DNA from: Pseudobacteriovorax sp.
GTDB taxonomy: Bacteria; Bdellovibrionota_B; Oligoflexia; Oligoflexales; Oligoflexaceae
Reading direction: 5' to 3'
NCBI GenBank assembly: GCA_050293845.1
Contig: JBNKNM010000001.1
Location: forward strand, 1 to 64,000
DNA length: 64,000 nucleotides
Below the pieces are notes generated by a model. It was given only the letters and a program-made list of their open reading frames with translations, was not told the origin of the DNA and searched no databases. Below, piece after piece: positions 48,615-59,332 of the stretch (positions within the stretch are counted from its first letter, which is position 1; each line of letters opens with the position of its first letter). The position numbers and the translations under genes were made by a program.

Positions 48615-49188
48615 CAAAATTCCCTTAGCTATATTGCTGATCATATTGTGTTTTAATGGTGCTCCCGCTCAGGGAGCTCACCATTTTATTTCCACAATGA
48701 TTGGGGGAGGTTATACTTTTGCTCAGAGTAAGCAAGGGCCATTAGCCACCCTACATAATGCGGCTAGTTTACGTATAGGCATCGATCCGCAAATGAAAAT
48801 CCCATTTTTCTGGGGTTTTGATCTAGAGACATTTCGCATACAAAAATCTAATAACCAACGCTTATATGACCACCATCATGGCTTTGGCGCTCAGTTTATT
48901 CTAGGTATCACAGTTCCTGAATATAGTTTTTGGCTGGGCGGCGGATGGGGGCGTATCCTAGTGAACAACAACTATAATGACATGCCATCACAGGAATCGA
49001 GCCGTTACCAAATGCATGGGGCTTCTATTGGAGGAAGTTTAGCCATATATCAGCAAAAATACGCCCGTGTCGATTTATTCTCACAACTCAAGCTAGTAAC
49101 TACTGACAAAACATGGCGCCAAAGATATCAATACAAACATCTCCGATTTTTCTCTATCCTAATGGCTATTACAATTATTGATATTTAA
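48544..49188 (+). CDS. Hypothetical exported protein, possible small outer-membrane beta-barrel
   Basis: Signal-like segment ending AQG/A, then alternating aromatic and Gly-rich strands. Start uncertain because it overlaps the upstream gene. Confidence 0.5.
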   Translation: MPLHLRFLRSLLLSWKSSKYRTLNKIPLAILLIILCFNGAPAQGAHHFISTMIGGGYTFAQSKQGPLATLHNAASLRIGIDPQMKIPFFWGFDLETFRIQKSNNQRLYDHHHGFGAQFILGITVPEYSFWLGGGWGRILVNNNYNDMPSQESSRYQMHGASIGGSLAIYQQKYARVDLFSQLKLVTTDKTWRQRYQYKHLRFFSILMAITIIDI

Positions 49189-49207
49189 ATAAAACGAGAA
49201 TGTCACT

Positions 49208-50158
49208 ATGTCAGATATAAATCCAACAAAAATTATTGTCGGCAGCTCAAACCCCACCCTAGGCTTGTCGATTTGCGAGCACCTAGGAGCCGAGCCCTGT
49301 AAAAGCGAAGTCATTCAATTTAGTGAAGGAAATACTTTCGTACGCATCTTAGAAAATGTCCGTGGCCGGGATGTCTATATTATTCAGGGAGTTTCTTATC
49401 CTGTTAATCAAAATTTCATGGAGTTATTGTTTTGGATCGACGCAGCTAAGCTTGCTTCAGCAGCTAAAGTGACTGCGGTGATACCTTTTTTTAGTTATGC
49501 TAAAGCAGACAAGAAAGACGAACCGCGGGTTTCTATCCGAGCCCGTGTTTGCGCTGATGCCCTGGAAGCTGCTGGGGTTGATCGTGTCCTAACAATGGAC
49601 CTCCACTCGCCGCAAATTCAAGGGTTTTTCAAACGGCCTGTAGATCACATGCACGCTAAATTTCGTATTTGTGACTATATTCGCAAAAAAGGGCTCTCTG
49701 ATCTTGTTGTCGCTTCTGCCGACGTAGGCTACGGAAAAAACGCCTTCAAATACGGTGATATACTGAGAGTCCCTACTGTTATTGGCAATAAAATGAGAGT
49801 TGACCACAGCGAGTCCGCTCAGGTTTGGAGCGTTGTTGGCGATGTAAAAGATAAAAACGTACTAATCGTTGACGATATAGTATTTACGGGTGGTTCTCTT
49901 ATTGCTATGACAGAACAGGTCAAAAAATTAGGTGCAAAATCAGTCATTGCAGCAGTAACCCATGGTGTATTAACCCCAGGCGCGACTGCAAAAATCGATG
50001 CCAGTGCTATAGACGAACTAGTGATCACAGATACTGTTGAATATCGTTTTGATATACTTAGTAAAAAGGTCACATCCATTTCCGTCGCTGCTGAATTTGC
50101 TAAGGCAATCAAGTCTATCCATTCATATAAATCTGTAAGTCAACTGTTTCCTGGATAA
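49208..50158 (+). CDS. prs: Ribose-phosphate pyrophosphokinase
   Basis: FSEGN, ENVRGRDV, PFFSYAKADKK, MDLHSPQIQGFF, IVDDIVFTGGSL, THGVL. Confidence 0.96.
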   Translation: MSDINPTKIIVGSSNPTLGLSICEHLGAEPCKSEVIQFSEGNTFVRILENVRGRDVYIIQGVSYPVNQNFMELLFWIDAAKLASAAKVTAVIPFFSYAKADKKDEPRVSIRARVCADALEAAGVDRVLTMDLHSPQIQGFFKRPVDHMHAKFRICDYIRKKGLSDLVVASADVGYGKNAFKYGDILRVPTVIGNKMRVDHSESAQVWSVVGDVKDKNVLIVDDIVFTGGSLIAMTEQVKKLGAKSVIAAVTHGVLTPGATAKIDASAIDELVITDTVEYRFDILSKKVTSISVAAEFAKAIKSIHSYKSVSQLFPG

Positions 50159-50422
50159 TAATAGGCGGTGGATTCTGAAAAGTTCGTGTAAAAACTAGCC
50201 GATAATTTTTCAATGACAGCAAAGTACAGGGATTCAGACATTTTTTTTACATTTCTCGAGCATGCTTTACATCAGAGCTGCTCTGTATTCCATAACCATA
50301 TCCCACCTGCTTTCAATGTAAAATAAAATTCACTGCCATAAATGCTCTAGACAAGCTTAGCCGCACAAGTGTATTCCAAATAAAAGGACTTGCCAATTTT
50401 ATTAATACCAGTGAGGACGCAA

Positions 50423-51355
50423 GTGAAAAATACCAAACAACAGTGGTCACTCATATTAGGTGGATCCAGTGGCATGGGACTTGCTGCTGCTAAAAAGCTT
50501 GCCCAACATGGTCATGCTCTGATTATAGTCCATAGAGATCGCAAGAGTGCTATGAAAACAATTGAACCAGAGTTTAAAAAAATAAGAGAAACCGCAGCTG
50601 CTCTTATCACCATCAACAAAAATGCCCTTGATGATGACTGCCGTCAGGGCATCCTTAGTGAGATCGCAGACAAAATACAAGACGGTCAAATTAATTTCCT
50701 ACTTCACTCCATAGCTCTGGGTAACTTGCGAAAAATCGCCCCTGATATACAGCAAAAACCCACACAGCACTTAGAAGTGCTGGCGACCAAACTAGGAATC
50801 TCAGCAAACGAGTTGACGACAGCCATTCAAGATCTTAGTACTTCCCATCCGGTATGGGATAACATGCTTGACAAGCCGCCCCTAGAGAGGGCCAGCGACA
50901 ATCTTTTAAATGCCGAGGATTTTTCCCAAACTATCGCCTACATGGGGTTTGATATTCTCCTTTGGGTCCAGGATATATTTCGCCGGGGGATGTTTGCCGC
51001 CGATTCTAGGGTTATAGGGCTCACTTCTGAAGGCAATACCAAGGCCTGGGATGGATATGCCGCCGTCGCTGCTGCAAAATCTACTTTAGAGTCTGTATCC
51101 CGCGCTATTGCCAAAGAGTTTGCCCCTCACGGTATCCGCAGCAATATAATTCAGGCTGGAATTACAGATACTCCTGCATTAAGATTGATACCGGGACACA
51201 GGAGTATGATTGCTAGTGCTGTGCAACGTAACCCGCTTTCACGCCTGACGACTCCTGAAGATGTTGCCAATGCCATTTACCTATTGTCCTTACCCGAAGC
51301 CCATTGGATAAACGGAGCGCTGCTACATGTGGATGGTGGCGAGCACATAGTATAG
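50423..51355 (+). CDS. SDR-type enoyl-ACP reductase (FabL/FabI-like)
   Basis: ILGGSSGMG, LTSEG, Yx6K as YAAVAAAK, AGITDTPAL, VDGG. GTG 50423 behind GAGG. Confidence 0.82.
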   Translation: MKNTKQQWSLILGGSSGMGLAAAKKLAQHGHALIIVHRDRKSAMKTIEPEFKKIRETAAALITINKNALDDDCRQGILSEIADKIQDGQINFLLHSIALGNLRKIAPDIQQKPTQHLEVLATKLGISANELTTAIQDLSTSHPVWDNMLDKPPLERASDNLLNAEDFSQTIAYMGFDILLWVQDIFRRGMFAADSRVIGLTSEGNTKAWDGYAAVAAAKSTLESVSRAIAKEFAPHGIRSNIIQAGITDTPALRLIPGHRSMIASAVQRNPLSRLTTPEDVANAIYLLSLPEAHWINGALLHVDGGEHIV

Positions 51356-51358
51356 AGG

Positions 51359-51832
51359 GTGAAGATGATCAATGACTGGAAAAATATCGACGAAGTCTCA
51401 AAGACAGTTTTAAGCATGCTCCCTCAACAAGAACCTTTTCGCTTTGTTGACCGGATTATTGAAATAAGTGAGAGCCATTGTGTCGGTACCTACCGATTCA
51501 AGTCAGACGAATACTTCTATCAGGGCCACTTCCCAGGCAACCCCGTTACCCCTGGAGTGATCCTCACTGAGTCTATGGCTCAAATTGGAGTCAGCTCATT
51601 GTCCCTCTACCTACTTCTGAGAGAGAGCCAGCAATTCAAAAATGTGACCTCTTACTTTACGGAAGCTCACTCAGAATTCTTAAAGCCTGTTCTACCTGGT
51701 GACCGGATCATCGTTAAAGCACAGAAAATTTACTGGCGTCGCAAGAAGATAAAATGTGAAACTAAGCTTTATTTGGAATCTGGTGAGCTTGCTGCACAGG
51801 CGCAACTTTCTGGAATGGGAGTGATCAAATGA
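51359..51832 (+). CDS. 3-hydroxyacyl-ACP dehydratase (FabZ/FabA family)
   Basis: LPQQEPFRFVD, GHFPGNPVTPGVILTESMAQ, FLKPVLPGD. Confidence 0.9.
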   Translation: MKMINDWKNIDEVSKTVLSMLPQQEPFRFVDRIIEISESHCVGTYRFKSDEYFYQGHFPGNPVTPGVILTESMAQIGVSSLSLYLLLRESQQFKNVTSYFTEAHSEFLKPVLPGDRIIVKAQKIYWRRKKIKCETKLYLESGELAAQAQLSGMGVIK

Positions 51833-53097
51833 AGCGCGTAGTTGTAACAGGAATGGGTGTGGTAGCACCCAATGGGCTGGGCTTGGAAGCCTTCCGGCAG
51901 GCCTTAAAAAAAGGGAAGTCGGGTATTGAATCCGTCGCCCTCATGAAGGAAAAGAATTTTGGGTGCCAGGTAGGGGGTGTCTGTAAGGGTTACGATGAGG
52001 CTGTGGCTCAGCATTTTTCCGAAGCAGAGCTATTCGCTATGAGCCAAGGTATGAAGTTAGGTAGCCTTGCTGCCATTGAAGCTTTTACTCATGCCCAATT
52101 ATCGATACCCAGCACCGATAGCGACTTCGTATATGAAGATACAGGGGCGGTGATCGGCACCGGCATTGGTGGCTTAGATGTTTTTGCTGATAAAGTGTAC
52201 CCTAGTGTTGAAGCAGGCAAAACCCGTAGAATGGGAAGCAGCATCGTAGAGCAGACCATGTGCAGTGGTGTCAGTGCAAAAATAGCTGGTTACCTGGGAC
52301 TTGGCAATCAAGTGACAACAAATAGCTCTGCCTGTTCCACCGGTACGGAAGCCATTATTATGGGAGTGCAAAGAATTAAGCACGGACTTGCCAAACGCAT
52401 GCTAGTAGGTGGAGTCGAAGCAGCACATATTCATATCTGGGCCGGTTTTGATGCCATGCGAGTCCTATCAAGAAAATTCAATGATTCCCCCACATTGGCT
52501 TCACGACCCTTAAGTGCAACGGCTTGTGGGTTTGTTCCTGGAAGCGGTGCAGGGGTTTTAGTGCTCGAAGAGCTCGAAACTGCCCTAGAGCGGGGAGTTC
52601 CCATTTTAGCCGAAGTCTTAGGTACCCATACTAATTGTGGTGGAATGCGTCACGGCGGGAGTATGACGGCCCCTAGTCCTGTAGGTGTCCAGCGTTGTAT
52701 CCGTTCTGCTCTATTGGATGCCCAGATTGAGCCTCAAGATCTCGACTATATTAATGGACATCTTACTGCAACTATGGCTGATCCTGTCGAATTAAAAAAT
52801 TGGCAGGAAGCCTTGGAATTAAAAAGCCATGAATTTCCTTTAGTGAACGCCACTAAATCAATGATAGGTCATGCATTAGGCGCCGCTGGGGCCATTGAAA
52901 CTATTGCGACCCTTATGCAATTAACCGAGAACTTCGTCCACAAGTCCTTGAATTGTCATGATCTACATCCCGAGATCGAACATCTTGCTGAAAGTATCCC
53001 CCAGGAAACCGTAAGCAAGTCGTTAAATATTGCAGCAAAAGCTAGTTTTGGCTTTGGTGATGTCAATAGTTGTTTAATTTTTAAAGCTTGGAGTTGA
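51829..53097 (+). CDS. Beta-ketoacyl-ACP synthase (FabB/FabF family)
   Basis: RVVVTGMG, catalytic SSACSTG, NGHLTAT, KSMIGHALGAAG, SFGFGDVN. Confidence 0.93.
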   Translation: MKRVVVTGMGVVAPNGLGLEAFRQALKKGKSGIESVALMKEKNFGCQVGGVCKGYDEAVAQHFSEAELFAMSQGMKLGSLAAIEAFTHAQLSIPSTDSDFVYEDTGAVIGTGIGGLDVFADKVYPSVEAGKTRRMGSSIVEQTMCSGVSAKIAGYLGLGNQVTTNSSACSTGTEAIIMGVQRIKHGLAKRMLVGGVEAAHIHIWAGFDAMRVLSRKFNDSPTLASRPLSATACGFVPGSGAGVLVLEELETALERGVPILAEVLGTHTNCGGMRHGGSMTAPSPVGVQRCIRSALLDAQIEPQDLDYINGHLTATMADPVELKNWQEALELKSHEFPLVNATKSMIGHALGAAGAIETIATLMQLTENFVHKSLNCHDLHPEIEHLAESIPQETVSKSLNIAAKASFGFGDVNSCLIFKAWS

Positions 53098-53101
53098 GCC
53101 T

Positions 53102-53353
53102 ATGGAAACCAATGAAATCTACCAAGACGTTGTAAGTATCGTCAGTAAGCATGCCAAGAATCAGGATGCTCTCAAAGCTTTGAGCAATGAGACCCATATC
53201 CTGAATGATTTGCAGGTGAATTCAGCGAGACTTGTTGACATTGTTCTTGATTTTGAAGATAAATTCGATCTAGAAATTTCTGATGATGACGCTGATAGTA
53301 TTAGTACGATTGGTGATGCCGTCGAATTAGTAAAAAAACTTCAGCAACACTAA
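53102..53353 (+). CDS. Acyl carrier protein (NS motif)
   Basis: Acidic 83-aa protein; DLQVNSARLVDIVLDFEDKFDLEI...TIGDAV. Confidence 0.9.
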   Translation: METNEIYQDVVSIVSKHAKNQDALKALSNETHILNDLQVNSARLVDIVLDFEDKFDLEISDDDADSISTIGDAVELVKKLQQH

Positions 53354-53357
53354 AAAA

Positions 53358-53397
53358 CAAGGTCGGGCTGCAGATATTTTTCGAAAGCCCGACCTTG
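53358..53397. terminator. Strong intercistronic hairpin after ACP
   Basis: CAAGGTCGGGCT / AGCCCGACCTTG, a perfect 12-bp stem with a 16-nt loop. An A6 tract at 53352-53357 gives a U tract only on the minus strand. Confidence 0.55.
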
Positions 53398-53424
53398 AAA
53401 GTTCTTTGTTATATGGGGTAAATA

Positions 53425-54216
53425 TTGCTAACTCTCAAGTATCGCATGCTTCTGCGACTGCAGATCATGGTTTCTTTCTGCAATTCTGTCTGGTTTGTAC
53501 CTCTGTTTATATTTCTTTTGAGAGTCGTTTTTCAATACCGTATCGTTAAACTAAAAAAGTTTCGAGAAAAATTTTCACAATTAAGAGAGAGTACCAAAAA
53601 TCGCCCTATTATCATAGCAGCCAACCACCTTACACTTATCGATTCAATGTTCATCACCTGGGCTGTTATGTCTCCCCAAGACTATTTTCTTAGATTCAAG
53701 CAATTCCCTTGGAATGTACCAGAGCTTTCGAATTTCGGAAGAAATATATTACTCAGACTCATGTGTTATTTGGGTAAGTGTGTTTACATCGAAAGACAAG
53801 GGAAAATAGCTTCTAAGAAACTATCGCTTAAAAAACTTAGCTATCTTCTTAGGCAAGGTCATAGTGTCTGCATTTTTCCAGAAGGGGGGCGATCCCGTCT
53901 GGGAAAAATCGATCGCGAAGGAGCGACATATGGTATAGGTCAGCTTGTTGAAGAACAAGAGAATGCTGCGGTATTTTGCATCTACCTTCGGAGCGATAGC
54001 CAAAAAAAATTCTCAAATTTTCCCACGTGGGGTGATCGGTTCTTTATTGATGTTTCAGCCATAACTCCCCATAGTCACCTTGAGGGACGCCGTAAACATC
54101 GAGACATTACCCTCCAGATTGTTAACGAACTTGAGCGCATGGAGGAATGCTACTTTAATGATTGGCAACGACATCATAGATCTGAACCAAAATATCCCAC
54201 ATCCTCGATTTGCTGA
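53425..54216 (+). CDS. Lysophospholipid/glycerol acyltransferase (PlsC family)
   Basis: ANHLTLIDS (HxxxxD), YIER, IFPEGGRS. Confidence 0.88.
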   Translation: MLTLKYRMLLRLQIMVSFCNSVWFVPLFIFLLRVVFQYRIVKLKKFREKFSQLRESTKNRPIIIAANHLTLIDSMFITWAVMSPQDYFLRFKQFPWNVPELSNFGRNILLRLMCYLGKCVYIERQGKIASKKLSLKKLSYLLRQGHSVCIFPEGGRSRLGKIDREGATYGIGQLVEEQENAAVFCIYLRSDSQKKFSNFPTWGDRFFIDVSAITPHSHLEGRRKHRDITLQIVNELERMEECYFNDWQRHHRSEPKYPTSSIC

Positions 54217-54673
54217 GAGGATTACTTCAGCACAAGAAAAGGCTTACCATGATCTTTCTCAGCTACGTCATGTATGGGAGTTATGGGCTATTAAGGAGTC
54301 TGCCTATAAAGCTCTCATGCAAAAACTTGGTAAGATTCCAGGGAATCCAAGGCTCTATGAGGTTAGTGAAGATAAAAGTCAGGTAAGCTATAGGGGCCAT
54401 ACCTTGGAAGTATTTTTGCAACCTCATACCGACTATATTTTCGCTCAAGCCTTTGGCTCTATGGAACAGCCTCAATTTGTGATTGGGAGCGTAAAAGACC
54501 AAGAATCTCTGGATGTTCGTGAGCTTTGTCAGCAACTGTTTCTCGATCCCGGTTGTATAATCAAAACTGGCATGGGTATCCCGATATACATAACAAAGAA
54601 CAAGACATACCCTATTTCCCTAACTCATCACCAAAGATTTATTGCTGCAAGTCGCTTATCAACGGTATTATAG
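54158..54673 (+). CDS. 4'-phosphopantetheinyl transferase
   Basis: MIGNDIIDL, LWAIKESAYK, ISLTHH. The real start is likely ATG 54158 behind GGAGG, overlapping the acyltransferase. Confidence 0.88.
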   Translation: MIGNDIIDLNQNIPHPRFAERITSAQEKAYHDLSQLRHVWELWAIKESAYKALMQKLGKIPGNPRLYEVSEDKSQVSYRGHTLEVFLQPHTDYIFAQAFGSMEQPQFVIGSVKDQESLDVRELCQQLFLDPGCIIKTGMGIPIYITKNKTYPISLTHHQRFIAASRLSTVL

Positions 54674-54801
54674 CCAGCCGTATCGAAATTGTTATGAGTT
54701 CCATGCTTCCCAAACTATAGAAATAAATTTATTTAGTCACTGAAACCATTCATGTAACTGCCAGTCCTTTAATTTTCTTTTCATTATTCCGAATAGAAAA
54801 T

Positions 54802-55731
54802 ATGCTTAATAAACAAAAACGACAAATCATAATACTTGCATTTTTATGCGGTTGCGACTCAAGAGTCATCGTTGATAAAACCGACGGCGGCCTAGAGCAG
54901 TCCCAGCAGGTTCTCAGCCAAGATCAGGCTGGTATTTTGGTAAATACCGAGGGAACTGACAGCCAGGGCTCGGATACAATCAATATCGATATCCCAGAAA
55001 ATAATGTGGTGGAATCACCAGAACTTGTACCGGTAGCTTTGACAAAGTACATCGATAGCCAAATAGAGTGTGAGCAATTACAGGGTAATGCCCCGGTTAA
55101 TGGGATTTCATCAGGTGAGGCTTACTGCAGAATCATCGATGAGAACCAGCAAAGACTAATCCCAAACGATGACGGTATTACTGCAAGTTGGTCATTTACT
55201 GCCGATTTCAACTTAGCAACATTAGAGCTAGCTGCAAGTGAACTAGGAGATTACGACATCAAGCTCACAGCAACCGCCGATTTTCCTGCAAAAGCCTGGT
55301 ATGGTTTGGATATTGCTATTATAAATGTAAAGTTAGACGAAAACGACCAGTCCATGAATTTATCCCAGCAGAGCAAGAATTTACTGGGAGAAGATTGCAA
55401 CAACGATAGCACCGATGGAATCGACTTGAGCATTCCTAATAATTTAGTCGGAATCTTCATGAACGGTGACGATGTTGGTGGTAATGGGAAAGGCTTTCTT
55501 ATTTTTGACAATTCTACCCTTAGGGATAACGGTACCAATAACTTGTTTTTCGGTAGATTTAACAGCCGAGTAGAAGATCAAGGAACAGGCTCTACAGGAG
55601 TTTTTCTTGCTAATAGTAATTATATATCGAACGGATTAAATAACACGACGTTCCTCCACCCTCTAGCTAATGCTGTTAATGCCAATGGTTCCAACTTTAA
55701 ATTTATAACACCAATTAATTTCTGCCCCTAG
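54802..55731 (+). CDS. Hypothetical lipoprotein / secreted protein
   Basis: Lipobox-like FLCGC, acidic linker, Asn/Gly-rich C-terminal domain, paired Cys. Confidence 0.65.
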   Translation: MLNKQKRQIIILAFLCGCDSRVIVDKTDGGLEQSQQVLSQDQAGILVNTEGTDSQGSDTINIDIPENNVVESPELVPVALTKYIDSQIECEQLQGNAPVNGISSGEAYCRIIDENQQRLIPNDDGITASWSFTADFNLATLELAASELGDYDIKLTATADFPAKAWYGLDIAIINVKLDENDQSMNLSQQSKNLLGEDCNNDSTDGIDLSIPNNLVGIFMNGDDVGGNGKGFLIFDNSTLRDNGTNNLFFGRFNSRVEDQGTGSTGVFLANSNYISNGLNNTTFLHPLANAVNANGSNFKFITPINFCP

Positions 55732-55761
55732 CACAACATAATTACTGATAGCGTAGCTTGG

Positions 55762-56619
55762 TCAGCTGCGAGTCTTCTTTTGAGAAAATCTTTTTTTCAA
55801 CTTAGCACAGGGATCTTCACGCTGCGTGCGAAGGGTTCCCACAAAAAAGTGATATTCTTCATTGGGAGATGAATCCCCGTCCTCTAAAAAAATGACGCTC
55901 AATAATTTCTTCTTAGGGTAAGCTGTAGAAAAGTATAAGGGTATCCCGTAAATTAAATTGCCATGGCCAGCTCCCAATAGGTAAACATCTATGAGACCAT
56001 TTTGTTCTTGAAACCTGGATACCATGTAAGCATCTCTATACCTTTGGATCCCCAGCATTTTTTCGGCATATTTTGGTGGCAGATGGCCACAATGAGATTC
56101 TTTTAACACAGATAGCAACTTATCTTTCACCGTTTCCTCTAAAGGCTTTTTGAGACCGGTTTTTATTTCAAGTTCCTCAGTTATTAATTCCGGATTTTTA
56201 TCACTGTATAAACCAGATAACTGTTTTCTGGGAATACCCACTCCAATAGGAGTTTGCTCTAAAAGTTTTGCAGCCAACTCAGAAAAAATGGAAAAATCAG
56301 GCCACCCCGATTGTGACCAATCTGCGAGTTGAGCAAACTCTTGAACCGACTGGGGCTTACCTTTCTCTAACCGCTCTTGTTGATCAGCAGTAAGGTGTTC
56401 CATATAGACCCGACCTAACTTGTTCTTCGTCTTCAAAAACTCTATAACGGCAGCTTGATAAAGATGGTGCCGGTGATTATCGTGTCTTTCCCCAAGTAGG
56501 ATAACATCGTGCTCCATAAGTTCTTGTTTAAAGGAATCAGTGAGTTCAGGTATAGTTAATATGCTTGTTTGACATGAGCATACTATCATACACAACAAGA
56601 GCAGTAGCGGAGCACCCAT
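55762..56619 (-). CDS. ChaN family lipoprotein
   Basis: Lipobox VCSC; VILLGERHDN..HH..Q, YMEH, WSQSGWP, SHCG, QRYRDAYM, GAGH, DPC. Confidence 0.85.
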   Translation of the reverse strand: MGAPLLLLLCMIVCSCQTSILTIPELTDSFKQELMEHDVILLGERHDNHRHHLYQAAVIEFLKTKNKLGRVYMEHLTADQQERLEKGKPQSVQEFAQLADWSQSGWPDFSIFSELAAKLLEQTPIGVGIPRKQLSGLYSDKNPELITEELEIKTGLKKPLEETVKDKLLSVLKESHCGHLPPKYAEKMLGIQRYRDAYMVSRFQEQNGLIDVYLLGAGHGNLIYGIPLYFSTAYPKKKLLSVIFLEDGDSSPNEEYHFFVGTLRTQREDPCAKLKKRFSQKKTRS

Positions 56620-56628
56620 GGATTAACC

Positions 56629-57456
56629 TCATTGCAAAAATTGACTATGGAATTTCAAGTGATCGTCAATAAAAGTGGCGATAAAGTAATAGCTATGATC
56701 ATAACCTTGTTGAAGTCGCAATTCCATACCCAGTTTCCTCTCCTGATGCAGTTTTTGTAGAGAAGCAAACCCTAACTGTTCAGTTAAAAATTGATCCTCG
56801 GAGCCTTGATCGATGAGGATCGGTGTCGTCACCGGTGTTGTTGTTAATAATGATAAAGTATCATAGACGCCCCACTCTTCGTCGCTCTTAAGGTAGCCTT
56901 GAAAAGCTTTTTGCCCCCAGGGACTTGTGGATGGATGGCAAATGGGGGCAAAAGCTGAAATGGAGGCAAACTGATCAGGATTCCGTATGCCAATAGTAAG
57001 GGCTCCATGTCCGCCCATCGAATGTCCACTGATAGACCATTGACCATTTAGAGGAAAGTGGCTTTCACATAAAGGAATTAGTTCCTCTGTAATATAACTA
57101 TACATACGGTAATGATCGGACCATGGTTTTACCGTGGCATCCAAATAAAACCCCGCCCCAGAACCAAAATCATAAGAGTCATGTTCCCCTGGAAGATCTA
57201 AACCTCGCGGTGATGTGTCAGGACAAAGGATCGCCATACCCAGGCTGGAGGCTAACCTAAATGCCCCGGCCTTGTGAGCGAAGTTCTCATCGGTGCAAGT
57301 AAGTCCAGATAACCAAAGCAAGCAAGGTACATGCTGTTTTTCTGTCAAAGGCGGTAAAAAAATCCCTAAGTTCATAGGAGTTCCCGTAACCTGAGAAGTA
57401 TGACGATACCTCCGGTAATGTCCTGCGAATATTAAGGACTCCGCTATTTTTTCCAT
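56629..57456 (-). CDS. fghA: S-formylglutathione hydrolase
   Basis: WLSGLTCTDENF, PDTSPRG, GAGFYLDAT, GHSMGGHG, GYDHSYYF. Confidence 0.97.
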   Translation of the reverse strand: MEKIAESLIFAGHYRRYRHTSQVTGTPMNLGIFLPPLTEKQHVPCLLWLSGLTCTDENFAHKAGAFRLASSLGMAILCPDTSPRGLDLPGEHDSYDFGSGAGFYLDATVKPWSDHYRMYSYITEELIPLCESHFPLNGQWSISGHSMGGHGALTIGIRNPDQFASISAFAPICHPSTSPWGQKAFQGYLKSDEEWGVYDTLSLLTTTPVTTPILIDQGSEDQFLTEQLGFASLQKLHQERKLGMELRLQQGYDHSYYFIATFIDDHLKFHSQFLQ

Positions 57457-57464
57457 AAAACCTC

Positions 57465-58583
<1,119 letters not shown>

Positions 58584-59332
58584 TTAAAAAGGGTATTGAG
58601 AATTGATCATCTTGTAAAGCAATGTGTTTCTAGGAAAACTTTAGCTGATTTAAGCTTGCTTTGCTTCAAGAAATTTTTCACACCCAGTATTGATGGCTTG
58701 CACCGCTGCTTGTAGAAAGACTTGTATGGAATAAGGGCAGAAAGCGCTTGAAGCGAAAGAAAACATACGCCGTCTTACCGGCTATAAAGACATAGCTATT
58801 TACCTTGCCGTCTCCAATATCACAGCTCACTCACGTTATAGGTACCAGAGGTAGAATGACAATCCTCATAGCCCAAAAATGCATTTTTTTATGCATGGCA
58901 TGTTGAATGTAAAATACACAAATAGCCTCAGGTCTTTTAAGAAATTTCCAAATTGATTTTTTCCAGATCTCACATTAGCAGAGTAGTGATTCACATTGAT
59001 TAGTTTTAGCGCAAATTTATGCGCAACAGTTTCAAGACTGCTTTGTTAAATTTATAGGTGATTGCGATTTTCTGATTTTTACGGAAGTTTCCAATGACTC
59101 CCTGGGTCAATCCAAAAAACTTCTCGGCATGGAATGCTTAATTTATAGGTATATTTTTGTAGAGATAAACTTTGAGTCAAAAATAAAATATGTCGATGGA
59201 CTTGAAAAAGACTCCATTCATAAGCTCAATAGTCACTAGTAATTGCAAGTTTTTTAAAAAAAAGTTAGGACTATGATCTAGATAAAGATCACCAAATTTA
59301 AAAAAAGCTGATGCGTATATAACGGAACGAGA

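Noticed and set aside
50423..54673. Aryl polyene, ladderane or aromatic type II PKS assignment
   Set aside because: There is a single KS and no chain-length factor, ketoreductase, methyltransferase, radical SAM enzyme or cyclase.
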